Assembly (NCBI GenBank): GCA_965242695.1
Contig: CBDESU010000002.1
Span: 1,152,001 to 1,216,000, forward strand
DNA length: 64,000 bases
Direction of reading: 5' to 3'
Origin: Cenarchaeum sp.
Lineage (GTDB): Archaea; Thermoproteota; Nitrososphaeria; Nitrososphaerales; Nitrosopumilaceae
Part shown: positions 27,289 to 38,600 of the stretch, one piece after another
How the letters are laid out: every line of letters begins with the position of its first letter
Numbering within the stretch: position 1 is the first letter of the stretch
Made by a program: the position numbers and the translations under genes
The notes under the pieces: model-generated
The model's database searches: none
The model's input: the letters and a program-made list of their open reading frames with translations, nothing else
Told to the model about the DNA's origin: nothing

Positions 27289-28836
27289 TTGCATTCCCAA
27301 AAAATGGACGAGCACTCCGAGCTGTTGCGCACGTCGCTGCTCGGCGGCGGCCAGGACCGCATCACGGCACAGCATGGCAAGGGCAAGCTGACTGCGCGCG
27401 AGCGGATCGACCTGATGCTCGACGAGGGCACGTTCACCGAGATCGACGCGCTCGTCACGCACCACTACCACGAGTTTGACATGCAGAAGCGCAAGTTCCA
27501 CGGCGACGGCGTCATCGGCGGGTACGGGACGATCAACGGCCGCAGGGTGTTCGTCTTCGCGTACGACTTTACGATCCTCGGCGGCACGCTCAGCCAGATG
27601 GGCGCGCGCAAGATCACAAAGCTGATGGACCATGCGACGCGCACGGGCTGCCCCGTCATCGGCGTCATGGACTCGGGCGGGGCGCGCATACAGGAGGGCA
27701 TCATGAGCCTGGACGGCTTTGCCGACATCTTCTACCACAACCAGTGCGCGTCGGGCGTCGTGCCGCAGATAACCGCCAGCATCGGCCCGTCGGCCGGCGG
27801 CTCGGTCTACTCGCCGTCCATGACGGACTTTGTCATCATGGTCGAAAAGTCGGCGACCATGTTCGTGACCGGCCCCGACGTGGTCAAGACCGTGCTGGGC
27901 GAGGAGATTTCGTTCGAGGATCTTGGCGGCGCCATGTCGCACGGCACAAAGAGCGGCGTGGCGCACTTTGTAGCCAAGAACGAGTACGAGTGCATGGACT
28001 ACATACGGCGCCTCCTCTCGTTCCTGCCGCAGAACAACGCCGAGGAGCCGCCGCGGACGGCCACCGGGGACGATCCGAACCGCACCGACCACAACCTGCT
28101 CAACGTCATGCCCGAAAACCCCCTGCAGCCGTACGACATGAAGGAGATAATCACGTCGGTCGTCGACGACCGTGACTTTTTCGAGGTGCACGAACTGTTC
28201 GCGCCGAACATCATCGTCGGGTACGGCAGGCTCGACGGCCGCGTCGTCGGGATCGTGGCCAACCAGCCGCTCAACCTTGCCGGCGCGCTCGACATCGACT
28301 CGTCGAACAAGGCGGCGCGGTTCATACGGTTCTGCGACTCGTTCAACATCCCGATCGTCACGCTAGTCGACACGCCGGGGTACATGCCGGGATCCAACCA
28401 GGAGCACAACGGGATCATCAGGCACGGCAGCAAGCTGCTCTTCTCGTACTGCGAGGCGACCGTCCCGAAGATTACGCTCGTCGTCGGCAAGGCGTACGGC
28501 GGCGCGTACATCGCGATGGGCAGCAAGAACCTGCGCACCGACGTCAACTACGCGTGGCCCACGGCGCGGTGCGCCGTGCTCGGAGCCGAGGCGGCCGTCA
28601 AGATCATGAACCGCAAGGACCTTGCGGCCGCAGGCGACCCCGAGAGGCTCAAGCGAGACCTCATGGACGACTTTGCCACAAAGTTCGACAACCCGTACGT
28701 GGCCGCCTCGCACGGCACGGTCGACGCCGTGATCGACCCCGCCCAGACGCGCCCGATGCTCATAAGGGCCCTCGAGATGCTCTCGGACAAGCGCGAGAGG
28801 CGCCTGCCGCGCAAGCACGGCAACATAAACCTGTGA
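27289..28836 (+). CDS. pccB: Acetyl-/propionyl-CoA carboxylase, carboxyltransferase subunit
   Basis: GKLTARERI, DSGGARIQEG, DTPGYMPG, KHGNINL. Confidence 0.95.
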   Translation: MHSQKMDEHSELLRTSLLGGGQDRITAQHGKGKLTARERIDLMLDEGTFTEIDALVTHHYHEFDMQKRKFHGDGVIGGYGTINGRRVFVFAYDFTILGGTLSQMGARKITKLMDHATRTGCPVIGVMDSGGARIQEGIMSLDGFADIFYHNQCASGVVPQITASIGPSAGGSVYSPSMTDFVIMVEKSATMFVTGPDVVKTVLGEEISFEDLGGAMSHGTKSGVAHFVAKNEYECMDYIRRLLSFLPQNNAEEPPRTATGDDPNRTDHNLLNVMPENPLQPYDMKEIITSVVDDRDFFEVHELFAPNIIVGYGRLDGRVVGIVANQPLNLAGALDIDSSNKAARFIRFCDSFNIPIVTLVDTPGYMPGSNQEHNGIIRHGSKLLFSYCEATVPKITLVVGKAYGGAYIAMGSKNLRTDVNYAWPTARCAVLGAEAAVKIMNRKDLAAAGDPERLKRDLMDDFATKFDNPYVAASHGTVDAVIDPAQTRPMLIRALEMLSDKRERRLPRKHGNINL

Positions 28837-28842
28837 TGGCAT

Positions 28843-30336
28843 ATGATCGAAAAGGTACTGATTGCGAACAGGGGCGAGATAGCGCTGCGCGTCATCCGCA
28901 CGTGCCGCGCCATGGGCATCGGCACGGTGGCCGTCTACTCGGACGAGGACCGCAACGCGCTGCACGTCAAGAAGGCGTCCGAGTCGTACCACATCGGCGA
29001 GGCCGCGCCGGCAAAGTCGTACCTCAACCAGGAGCGCATACTGAACGTAGCCCTCTCGTCGGGCGCCGACGCGGTCCACCCGGGGTACGGGTTCCTCTCC
29101 GAGAACGACGAGTTTGCGGCCCTGTGCGAGAAGAACGGCGTGACGTTCATCGGCCCGCCGGCCGCCTCGATGAAGCTGTGCGGCGACAAGATGGAGTGCA
29201 AGGCGGCCATGCTAAAGGCCGAGGTGCCGACCGTCCCGGGCAGCCCGGGCCTTGTCAACGACTCTGGCGAGGCGCTGCAGATCGCCGGCGAGATCGGGTA
29301 CCCCGTCCTGCTAAAGTCCGTGTACGGCGGCGGGGGGCGCGGCATACGGCTCGTGCGCAACGACGACGAGCTGCGCGAGGCGTTCGAGACGGTCACGGCC
29401 GAGTCGATATCGGCCGTCGGCAAGTCTGCCATACTCGTCGAAAAGTTCCTCGAAAAGACGCGCCACATAGAGTACCAGATGGCCCGCGACAAGCACGGCA
29501 ACGCCGTCCACCTGTTCGAGCGCGAGTGCTCCATACAGCGGCGCAACCAGAAGCTCATAGAGCAGACGCCATCGCCGGTCGTCGACGCCGAGACGCGAGA
29601 GCGAGTCGGCAAGCTCGTCGTGAGGGCGTCCGAGGCCGTCGGGTACGAGAACCTCGGCACGGCCGAGTTTTTGCGCGCCGACAACGGCGAGTTCTACTTT
29701 ATAGAGATAAACGCCCGCCTGCAGGTCGAGCACCCCATAACCGAGCTCGTCTCGGGGCTCGACCTCGTAAAGCTCCAGCTCGACATCGCCAACGGCGAGC
29801 CGCTGCCGTTCAGGCAGGAGGACCTCAAGATGAACGGCTACGCCATCGAGTGCCGCATCAACGCAGAGGACACGTTCCTGGACTTTGCCCCGTCGACGGG
29901 GCCCGTCCCCGACGTGACCCTGCCGGCGGGCCCCGGCATACGGTGCGACACGTACCTGTACCCGGGCTGCACGGTCTCGCCGTTCTACGACTCGCTCATG
30001 GCAAAGCTGTGCTCGTGGGGGCCGACGTTCGACGAGTCGCGGCGGCGCATGCTCGGCGCGCTAGAGGACTTTTACGTCGGCGGGGTCGAGACGTCCATCC
30101 CGCTCTACAAGACCATACTAGAGTCCGACGAGTACAAGAGGGGCGAGCTGACGACGGACTTTCTTGCGCGGCACGGCATGATCGAGCGCCTGGCCGCCGA
30201 CATCAAGGCGGCAAAGAAGTCGCGCCGCGAGGCCGCGGCCGCTGCCGCGGCGATCCACTCCGAGTTCATGCGAGGCCTGGCCGCCGGCAGCGGAGGCGCG
30301 GGCGGCGCCGGCTGGAAGGGGGGCATGGCCCCGTAG
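28843..30336 (+). CDS. accC: Biotin carboxylase subunit
   Basis: ANRGEIALR, HPGYGFLSEN, GGGGRGI, ERECSIQRRNQK, RLQVEH. Confidence 0.96.
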   Translation: MIEKVLIANRGEIALRVIRTCRAMGIGTVAVYSDEDRNALHVKKASESYHIGEAAPAKSYLNQERILNVALSSGADAVHPGYGFLSENDEFAALCEKNGVTFIGPPAASMKLCGDKMECKAAMLKAEVPTVPGSPGLVNDSGEALQIAGEIGYPVLLKSVYGGGGRGIRLVRNDDELREAFETVTAESISAVGKSAILVEKFLEKTRHIEYQMARDKHGNAVHLFERECSIQRRNQKLIEQTPSPVVDAETRERVGKLVVRASEAVGYENLGTAEFLRADNGEFYFIEINARLQVEHPITELVSGLDLVKLQLDIANGEPLPFRQEDLKMNGYAIECRINAEDTFLDFAPSTGPVPDVTLPAGPGIRCDTYLYPGCTVSPFYDSLMAKLCSWGPTFDESRRRMLGALEDFYVGGVETSIPLYKTILESDEYKRGELTTDFLARHGMIERLAADIKAAKKSRREAAAAAAAIHSEFMRGLAAGSGGAGGAGWKGGMAP

Positions 30337-30351
30337 GGAGGCGATGGAGGC

Positions 30352-30909
30352 GTGGATTACAGGCTCGACGGGGTAGAGGATGCCGAGCCGGTCGCGGCCG
30401 AGCTCGTCCGGCGCCCCGCGCGGGCGACGGGCGGCGACGCCCCGGGCGGCGACTATGCCGTCCGCATCGACGGCGAGGAGCGGGACCTGCGCATACTCTC
30501 GATGGGGCCGCGCGGCGCCGAGTTTGTGCTCGCCGGCAGGTATCACTCTGTCCGCTACGTGAGGGCCTCGACTGCCCGCATGGAGATGGTAGTCGACGGC
30601 GCGCCCGTAGAGCTCTCGATGCACTCGGACCTCGACGAGATCGTCTACAAGAACTCGGGCGGCGCGGGGGCCGCCGGGGCCGGAGCCTCTGATGCCACGC
30701 TGCGTAGCCCCATACCGGGCAAGGTCGTCTCGTTCTCTGCCGAGGAGGGCGCGGAGGTGCGCAAGGGCGACCCCGTCGTCGTCCTCGAGTCGATGAAGAT
30801 GCAGGTGGCCGTAAAGGCGCACCGCGACGGCACGGTAAAGTCGCTGCGGGTAAAGCAGGGCGGAAGCGTGGCAAAGAACGACGCGATAGCCGAGATCGAG
30901 CAGGGCTAG
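30352..30909 (+). CDS. Biotin carboxyl carrier protein
   Basis: SPIPGKV...ESMKM biotinylation motif; operon position. Confidence 0.93.
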   Translation: MDYRLDGVEDAEPVAAELVRRPARATGGDAPGGDYAVRIDGEERDLRILSMGPRGAEFVLAGRYHSVRYVRASTARMEMVVDGAPVELSMHSDLDEIVYKNSGGAGAAGAGASDATLRSPIPGKVVSFSAEEGAEVRKGDPVVVLESMKMQVAVKAHRDGTVKSLRVKQGGSVAKNDAIAEIEQG

Positions 30910-31044
30910 CGGGGCGGCCCCCTCGCCATCAAGCTTTTGGGCGCCTGCATTTCCCGCGTGCGCACGTGCCTGCGCGCGGCGGGTCCGCCGCGCGCGCACT
31001 CTCCCCCGCGCGGCGCTGAAAAAAGGGGATCGGGATGGCCGCCG

Positions 31045-31530
31045 CTACTGCGCGCCGCCGCCCCTTGAGACGAACGCCTTGATCTCGCCGTAGTCGGGCT
31101 CCTTGAGCGGGTCGTCGGAGACCCACTTGTAGCCGATCGTGCCGTCCTCCATGACGACAAAGATCGAGCGCTTTGCAGCGTTGTAGTCCTTGACATGGAG
31201 CAGGTCCGGCATGAGGACGCCGTACTCGCGGATCGCCTTGCTCGTGTAGTCGCCCAGGACGGGAAAGTCCAGGCCGTTCTTCTCGGCAAAGGCCTTGTTG
31301 GCGAACGGCCCGTCGTTGCTGATGGCGACGACCTGCGCGTTGAGGTCGTTCAGGGCGGACTGCGAGTCGCGGAACGTGCACAGCTCGGTCTCGCACACCG
31401 GCGAGCTGGCTGCCACGAAGAACGACAGTATGACCTTCTTGCCCTTGAACTCTTCTAGGGTGCGGAACTTGAGGTCGGTGTCGACAAGCTCGAACGCCGG
31501 CGCCCTGTCCCCCACTTCTGGCTGAGGCAT
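31045..31530 (-). CDS. Peroxiredoxin (AhpC/TSA/Bcp-like)
   Basis: VGDRAPAFEL, SPVCETELC, ISND, KRSIFVV. Confidence 0.9.
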   Translation of the reverse strand: MPQPEVGDRAPAFELVDTDLKFRTLEEFKGKKVILSFFVAASSPVCETELCTFRDSQSALNDLNAQVVAISNDGPFANKAFAEKNGLDFPVLGDYTSKAIREYGVLMPDLLHVKDYNAAKRSIFVVMEDGTIGYKWVSDDPLKEPDYGEIKAFVSRGGGAQ

Positions 31531-31769
31531 GTTGGGCGGCCGGCCCTTGCCCCGTTTAGATACCTTGCGGCCGCCAGGCGGGGCGATCCCGCGGGGCGCC
31601 GGCGCCAGGGGCCCGCCCAGTGCGGCAGGGCGCCGGGCGGCCCCGTCCGGGGGCGGAGGAGAGGGGGGCGGCGCGGCCGCCCCCGGCGCGATGCCTGAAA
31701 TCATAAAAAATAGGGGTTGTCGCCTCTTGGCGGGCCGGCGGGCTGCCCCGCCTCCCTCCAGAGGACGCC

Positions 31770-32156
31770 CTATTTTGGCGGCTTGACGCCGTGCTTGGCC
31801 AGCGCGTCGTACACCTTGGGCAGTGCAAAGACAAACCCAACGTGGGTGCAGTTGCTGGACTCGCACAGCTGGCAGTAGAGCTCGCTGTCGCGGATGACTA
31901 CGTCGGCGATCTTGTCGGTCTTGTTGTCCTTGATGACGACCCTGTCGTCGTACGTGGCGACCTCCTCGAGCATGGGCGCGTGCTTGGCGAATATCTTGTC
32001 GTCAAGCATGCGCTCCTCGAGCATGTACGTCACGAAGCCGGCAAAGCTGTTGACACCCTTGCGGCGCATGTCGGGCTTGGTCTTCTCGAACTCCTCATGG
32101 AACCGATCGTAGACGTCTTCCGCGATGGTTATGGATCTGAATCCTGGCTTTGGCAT
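31770..32156 (-). CDS. Hypothetical protein with RHH-like N-terminus and CxxCxxxxCxH zinc motif
   Basis: FRSITIAEDVYDRF; YCQLCESSNCTH. Confidence 0.75.
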   Translation of the reverse strand: MPKPGFRSITIAEDVYDRFHEEFEKTKPDMRRKGVNSFAGFVTYMLEERMLDDKIFAKHAPMLEEVATYDDRVVIKDNKTDKIADVVIRDSELYCQLCESSNCTHVGFVFALPKVYDALAKHGVKPPK

Positions 32157-32343
32157 TTTACCACTTGATTGGGTACAAGCAAGTCCTAGTATATATGCAT
32201 ACCTCGCCGAATGCGTACGCGCTAGGCGTCAATTGGCGCCTAGGGCCCCTGCGCGGCCAGCTGCCGCTTCTTGCTTATATACTGGGCAGTGCCAAGCGAT
32301 CGCGCCGCGTCCTCCCCTGCCAGGGCGATCGCACGCCGACGCC

Positions 32344-32517
32344 CGCCCTGCGCCCCGCCAGCGATCGCCCTCTTGGCGACGTCCGGACCGCCAAGGCCAT
32401 CGCCGTGCGCGCCCTGCGCCCCGCCAGCGATCGCCCTCTTGGCGACGTCCGGACCGCCAAGGCCATCGCCGTGCGCGCCCTGCGCCCCGCCAGCGATCGC
32501 CCTCTTGGCGATGTCCG
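32344..32517. repeat. 66-bp tandem repeat x2.6
   Basis: Units start at 32344, 32410 and 32476. Confidence 0.92.
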
Positions 32518-32618
32518 GGCCTAGTGCCCTGCATCCGGTTCGGCACCGGCATCGCGTGTCCGTCATGATGCGCCGGTGCGCTGCGATGCCGCCGCCCTGC
32601 TTTCCGAGCGCAAGCTGG

Positions 32619-35588
32619 TCATCCGGGAGGCCGCACTATGCCGGCATCTAGGACGTACCGGGCCGCGGCGGCAAACTCGTGGTCGCTTATTCTTCCGTCG
32701 CCCCACCACCCCGCCACGGTCTTGAACCATGCCGGAGCCGCGGCCTGTCCTGCGCCGTCCTGTGCAGCCGGAACCGGCCCGCCGACGGTATCCGCCTCGA
32801 TCACGCTGCGCATCACGCGGAACAGGTCAGCATCCGACATCTGCCCGCCCCTGAGCATTGCAATCTGCCTTGCGTCGGAGGGCACCTGCGCGCGCCGGGG
32901 CTCCTCTGCCGCCTGCCGTTCCTGCCCCTCGGACTCTGCGCCCTGCCCCGACTCTCCGACATCCTCCGCCGCCCCTGCGCCGGGGTCCGCCTTTGCCGGA
33001 GCCGCGGCCCTCGGCGATGCATCGACTATACTCGAGCCCCCTCGCCCGTCCGCATAGTCGTAGTACCTGGCGTCGATCCTGCCGCCGGCCGGGGACACCA
33101 GGCCCGAGCCGTCCGAATTGCATATCCACGACGGCATCTTGAAGGTCCCCTCGAAGACGCCCGTGGCGGCGCCCGTCTCGACCAGGGCGAACCCGCTTGC
33201 CGCCAGCCCGCCGTGCTCGGCCCCGTCGACGACGCACCTCTTGTACCTCTCGCCCTTTATCGTCACCTCGAGCAGCAGGGCCCCTCCGTCGGCGACAGCA
33301 TCGGCGTGCGGCGAGGCCGGATCGTCGTCTACGCGGTACGTCTCGACCCTGGCGTGGTCCGTGTTCAGGTCCGCGTCGACCAGGGTTATGGTCACGGGCC
33401 TCCCAAACCCGTACGAGGCGGCCCCCAGGTGCACGCTGCCGGCGTGCGACGGCGCGTCGGCATCGGCGGCGACCTGCTCCGGCGTGCCGGCCCCGCCGAC
33501 GTCCCTGTACGAAACGGTCACTGCATCGTCGCCTGTCATGTCGCCGCCCGTGGCGATCCTGACGTCGTCGCCGTACGCGACGAGCGAGGCGGCAAGGGCG
33601 GGGTCTGCCCCGCTGCGCTCGTCCATGACGACGTACTCGACCGTCCCCTCAAAGACGCCCGATGCGGCGCCGGTCTCCTCCAACTCGAGCCGGTACACGG
33701 CATTGTTGACTATGCCGTCGCCGCCGCCGCGCACGCCAAACGAGAACAGGTCGATGTGCACGGGGGCGGCATCGTCTCCCGCCGCGGCAGCCGCCGCCGC
33801 GCCGGCAGGCAGATGCACGGCAAAGGCGGCCACTCCCCGCCCGTCGCCATGGTCGCCTATGATGCGCACCGTCCCGCGCCCGGCCGACGCGTCCCACACC
33901 TCTGCCGGCATGCCGGCGCCGGCATCCTCGGCCCTGCCGCCGAACGCCAGTCCGATCGTCGCGCCGGGCTGCCCGCCGGGGCCGGCAAGCGACCGCACGT
34001 CGTAGTTGAGCCAGACCGTCGACCTGGCGGACGGGCCTCCCTGCAGCCCGCGTATGGCGTCTGCCCCGTACCCCGCATCGACGATCAGGGTCGCCGCGCC
34101 CCCTGCGCCGGGCCGGGCCACGGCCATCCTGTCCGAGTCGATTGACGAGTGGGCCGCCGGCGCGGGATCATCCTCTCCATCGGCAAGCCACCATGCGCCC
34201 CCCGATCCCGCAAGCGTCAGCGGCGAGCCTATGCGCACGGACGGCACGGGCCCAGGCCCGCTGGCCGACAGCACGTCCCTCCGGGCCGGATTCGCGTTGC
34301 GGTCAGCATCGCTTATGGTCACCGTGCTTCTGGTGCCCGGCGCCGGCCGGTCGCCTGCACCGCCGCCGGCCGCCCCAGCCCCTATGCCGACCGTCGCCGT
34401 CGCCGGCCCCGTCAGCGCCGACACCCTCTCGTCGTTGTACTCGAATACGGCGGCCGTGCCGCGCGGCGCATCGCGCGGCACCCATACGGTCGACTCGCCG
34501 TTCCCGTCGTGGCTGACAAACTCGGACGAGGACGCCCGCGTCTCCCTCACCGTTACCAGGCTCGAATGCTCCTGGCCTCCCTCGCCCAGCGCCCTGATCG
34601 CCGCGCCGGGCTGCAGGCCGTTGGGCTTGAACGCGACGGTGCGGCCCGCATCTATCGTGAGCGCGCCGTTGTCCTCGAATCCAATGGAGCGCAGGCGCGG
34701 GTACAGGTCGGCCGCCGCTGCCGGCATGCCTCCCCCGCCGTCCCATCCGCCCATGTAGAACACGGCCGGCGATTCCGGATCGGTGGAGAATACCCACGCA
34801 TCCCTGTCGGTCGGATCCTGGTTGAGCTGCGCGTCGCTGATCGTCACGTACACCTCGGCCCCCGCCGGGTACCTCGTCCTGTCGAGCGACATGGCCACAT
34901 TTGGGATCTCGTCGTACTCTAGCTCGGCGCGCTCCGTTCCGCCCGCCCTCTTGTACTCCACGACGACCGATCCGCCGAGCGAGTAGAGCTGGACGACCGG
35001 CCACGCGGCGGGGTCGACCCCTATCTGGCCCGGCCGCTCCCCGCCGGCGCCGGAAACGCGCGGGGCCCGCCTTACCACGTTGTTGAGCAGCTCGCCGCCG
35101 GCCGTCCCCTCGCACTCGCCGGGCGGCCCATCTCCCCCGTCCGTCCCGCCGTCGACGGCGCGCGCCACTGCAACTGCATCCGCATCCGCAAACGATGCGC
35201 CGAGCACCCGCTCCGCCGCCGACGGGGCGCAGAACACCCCAAAGTCCGTGCCCTGCCCGGCCTCGACGGCCGCCGCGTCGGCCGCCATGGCGGCCTCGAT
35301 GTCTGCAAAGTAGGCGTGCCACGACCCGTCGCTTGCCTGGACCATGCGGAGCGGCTCGCCGTCGACCGCAACGGACGGCTCGCCGGCGGCCTCGCCCGTG
35401 CCGCGTATGTCGGGGTCGCTCACTACAACCTCTACTACCATCGAGCCGGCGAACGTGCGGCCAAACGCCTCGTCGTCGGCCGAGACGCTCATGTACGGCT
35501 CGGCGTGCGCCTCCTGCGGAGCCGCCGCCGCAACCGCCATTGTGGCGGCGACGGCAAGAGCCGCCGCCTGTGCCAGTCCGCCCCGCAT
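32619..35588 (-). CDS. Large secreted S-layer-like surface protein
   Basis: Signal peptide ending AHA-E; recurrent D.D.N and L.ETG..SGVF.G motifs; C-terminal P.W.K..AGWW.DG.ISD.EF domain typical of Thaumarchaeota. Confidence 0.8.
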   Translation of the reverse strand: MRGGLAQAAALAVAATMAVAAAAPQEAHAEPYMSVSADDEAFGRTFAGSMVVEVVVSDPDIRGTGEAAGEPSVAVDGEPLRMVQASDGSWHAYFADIEAAMAADAAAVEAGQGTDFGVFCAPSAAERVLGASFADADAVAVARAVDGGTDGGDGPPGECEGTAGGELLNNVVRRAPRVSGAGGERPGQIGVDPAAWPVVQLYSLGGSVVVEYKRAGGTERAELEYDEIPNVAMSLDRTRYPAGAEVYVTISDAQLNQDPTDRDAWVFSTDPESPAVFYMGGWDGGGGMPAAAADLYPRLRSIGFEDNGALTIDAGRTVAFKPNGLQPGAAIRALGEGGQEHSSLVTVRETRASSSEFVSHDGNGESTVWVPRDAPRGTAAVFEYNDERVSALTGPATATVGIGAGAAGGGAGDRPAPGTRSTVTISDADRNANPARRDVLSASGPGPVPSVRIGSPLTLAGSGGAWWLADGEDDPAPAAHSSIDSDRMAVARPGAGGAATLIVDAGYGADAIRGLQGGPSARSTVWLNYDVRSLAGPGGQPGATIGLAFGGRAEDAGAGMPAEVWDASAGRGTVRIIGDHGDGRGVAAFAVHLPAGAAAAAAAGDDAAPVHIDLFSFGVRGGGDGIVNNAVYRLELEETGAASGVFEGTVEYVVMDERSGADPALAASLVAYGDDVRIATGGDMTGDDAVTVSYRDVGGAGTPEQVAADADAPSHAGSVHLGAASYGFGRPVTITLVDADLNTDHARVETYRVDDDPASPHADAVADGGALLLEVTIKGERYKRCVVDGAEHGGLAASGFALVETGAATGVFEGTFKMPSWICNSDGSGLVSPAGGRIDARYYDYADGRGGSSIVDASPRAAAPAKADPGAGAAEDVGESGQGAESEGQERQAAEEPRRAQVPSDARQIAMLRGGQMSDADLFRVMRSVIEADTVGGPVPAAQDGAGQAAAPAWFKTVAGWWGDGRISDHEFAAAARYVLDAGIVRPPG

Positions 35589-35652
35589 CGTGCCCGCCGT
35601 CGGTGCGCCGTGCGCCCAAAAAAAGCTGTCGCGCCGCCCCTCCGCCGGGCGC

Positions 35653-38600
35653 TCAGGCATACAGCTCGAGGCCCTTCCTGCCTCTCCCTCCGCCGCCTGC
35701 ATCCTCCCTCCTTCCGCCTCTCCCGCCCGCGGCATGCCGGGGCAGGAGGGCCCGCGCGGCTGCGTCGATGTCCGCCGAGATGCCGGCATCGCGCAGCAGG
35801 CGGAGCACGTCGGGCCGCCGCGCGCCCGCATCCGCGCCGCACGCGCCGAGGGCCGTCTCCTGCGCCTTCCGGGCCAGCGCGGCCAGCCGCACGTGCCGCC
35901 CGTCCGCGCGGTCGTACCTTGGTATGGGAACCTTCTTCCACAGGTAGGTGTCGTAGTTGTTGTCGTTCTCCTTTGTCCGCGAGAGGGCGCCCTGGAGCGC
36001 ATCGGCGTTGAGCAGCCCCGACAAAAAGTGCGCCTCGTCCTCGCTTCCGCACGGCACGCGGTACAGGCCGTTCTCGACGATCGCCCACTCGGACACGGCC
36101 GCCGCGTACGCCCTGCTTCCGACCTTGTTGTACACGACAAGCGGCGGGCGCGCTGCAAACTGCGACGTGAGCTTGCCCTGAAAGTCCAGGTTGTCCTCGA
36201 GCGTGCGCGGCGTCGTCTTCCCCCTCCCCCTGTGCTCGGCGTATATCGCCGATGCGTCGCTCCAGAACTTTACCCTGCCCCGCTGCGGGCTCCACCTCCC
36301 GCCCTCCGTCATGGGTATGATGCAGGGGGTGGCCGTGGGGACGCAGTACGGGTACAGGTCCTTTCCGAACAGGCACCGCCTGACCCACCCTGCCGGCACC
36401 GTCCCCTCCCGCCCGCCAAAGCCCCTCCACGCCCCGTGCCTTGCATCCTGCGTGGCAAACGAGGCCGAGCCGCCGGCCGTCCGCAGGCTCTCGGGGCGCA
36501 TCCTGACGAGCGATGCCGGAAAGAGCGTCGCGCCGTTCCTTGCAAGTGGCCTCCCGTTCCGGCCGAGCCAGGCCGACGGCTCCTCCGCATACCCCGTTCT
36601 TTCGATGCGCCGAAGGCCGACCTTTCTGTCCGCCGAGTCCGCCCACGAGTCGTGCTGCTCGGTCTCCTCGGCGCCCTTCCTGTAGATTTCCATGTCGCCG
36701 CGCCCTCTGCGCATCCCGACGATCATCGCCGACGACGTGGTCTGCTTCGGGAACGGCTCCCTCCCGAGGTCCCAGAACGACACGCCGCGCTCGGCGAGCG
36801 CGTCCCTCATGCTCCTCCACTGCCCGCCGCCGTGCATCGCGGTCCTCGGCAGCACCCAGCCGGCCCTGCCGCCTCCGCCCCTCCCGTCAAGGTAGAGGCT
36901 CGTGCACCGCAGGACAAAGGCCGACGCAATGTCAAATCCCGTCGCCCTCTTTCCGCCCGCGTACGCCCCGAGCTCGCGGCCGAGTGCTGCGACCTGCCCG
37001 GCGCGCCCCTTGTCGGACATCCTGTTGAGGGTGACCCACGGCGGGTTGGACACTATCCTCCCCATCCTGGGGCCGTCGCTTAGGAGCATCGGCGCGGCCT
37101 GGTTGCGTATGTACCACGCCCAGACGCCGTTTCCCTCGGCCGTGACTATCCTGCGCATCGAAGAGTACGCCGCGCGCAGCGCATCCCTCTCGTCCTTGCC
37201 GAGCCGCGCGCCGATCCCGTGCGGCATGGGCCTCTGCGCCTGCGCCGCGCCGACGAACCTGTCGATGTCTGCCGTATCGGACAGGAACGCGCGCGGCAGC
37301 TCGAGGACGGTGCCGCCGGGCGAGTACAGGACAAGGTTGCCGGTCGCCGCGCCGTGGACCGACGATCCCGGCCTCCCGAGCAGCAGCGAGTCGCCCTGCC
37401 ACACGCGCAGCCTTGCCAGGTCGATGGGGCCGAGTATGCGGCACATGTTGGCGATCGACATCTCGACGGCGACCGGGTGTATGTCCATGCCGTGGATCAT
37501 CCGGCACACGAATTCCACGGTCCGGGCGCGGTTGAGGTGCTGCCCTGCCAGCGGCTCGGACTCGACGAGCCGCTTTGCGGCGTGGTACAGGAACGTCCCC
37601 GACCCGCACGCGGGGTCTAGTATGCCGCTGATGCTCTTGCCGTCAAGGAACCTTTCTAGCTGCGCCCCGATGTACGCGTCGTCTATGACGTCGGAGCACA
37701 TCTTTTCGGCCAGCCAGTCGGGCGTATAGTACTCGCCGTACGAGCGGCGCTGCCCCGGGTCCACGTAGTGCATGTACAGGGCCCTCAGGACGTCCCCCTT
37801 GCCCGAGCTCCAGTCGTACCTGTCGACGGCGCCCTTCAGGGCTGCCAGCGTGCCGGCCGCGCCTCCGCCGCCGGCCCAGGCCGCAAAGCCGTGCAGGATG
37901 CGGCTGGCCCGCTCCCTGCCGCGCTCGGGCATCGGCATGCCGGCCACAAACCTAGAGATCAGCGTGAGCAGCGTGTGCGCTACAAACAGGCCGTCCTCGC
38001 CGCCAGCGGACGGGTGGTTTCCGCCCGCCTTTAGCTGCTCTAGCCACAGGTGCCTCTGCATTTTCGTGTCGGGCAGGATCTTGTTCTGCGCGTACGCCTC
38101 CTCCAGCTGCCTCCTGATCTCCTCGAACTCGGCGCTCGGGTCGGGCGGAGACCACTCCTTGCCCCCGTAGTCGCGCCGCAGGGCCGATGCCAGCTCGCGC
38201 ACGTTCTCTCTCGTCAGGCTCCGCCCGTTCCAGTTGCCGTAGATGCGCGGCTTGCCCCCTCGCCCCGAGGACGGCCATTCCCAGACCCACCACCGCCTGC
38301 CGTCGGTGACGACCCCCCTCCACCGGAGCTTTTCCCCTGCCAGCCGCTCCTGCCTTCTCGACGCGTCGACGTAGCGCCCAAGCCTGTCGTACGCCGACTC
38401 TTCCCTGCCGTCCCGGCCGGATCCGCTGCCCCTGCTCATGGGCCCGTCGTCGAGCCGGGTCTGCCTCTTCACCTCGATCATTACATGGCGGTGCTCGAGG
38501 TGTATGTCCGCCGTTCCGGCCGGGGTGGGGTATCGAAGGCTGCACTTTATGCCGCTTTCGCCGAGCCACCCTGCAATGCCGTCCCGCACCGCCGCCTCGC

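Noticed and set aside
28554-30692. Long Arg/Gly/Pro-rich alternative ORFs (also 56205-58289, 61156-63024, 53275-54963 and many others)
   Set aside because: Shadow frames expected at very high GC, overlapping well-supported genes.
35589-36158. 1179-aa version of the surface protein
   Set aside because: It overlaps the R-M gene out of frame; the signal peptide starts at 35588.
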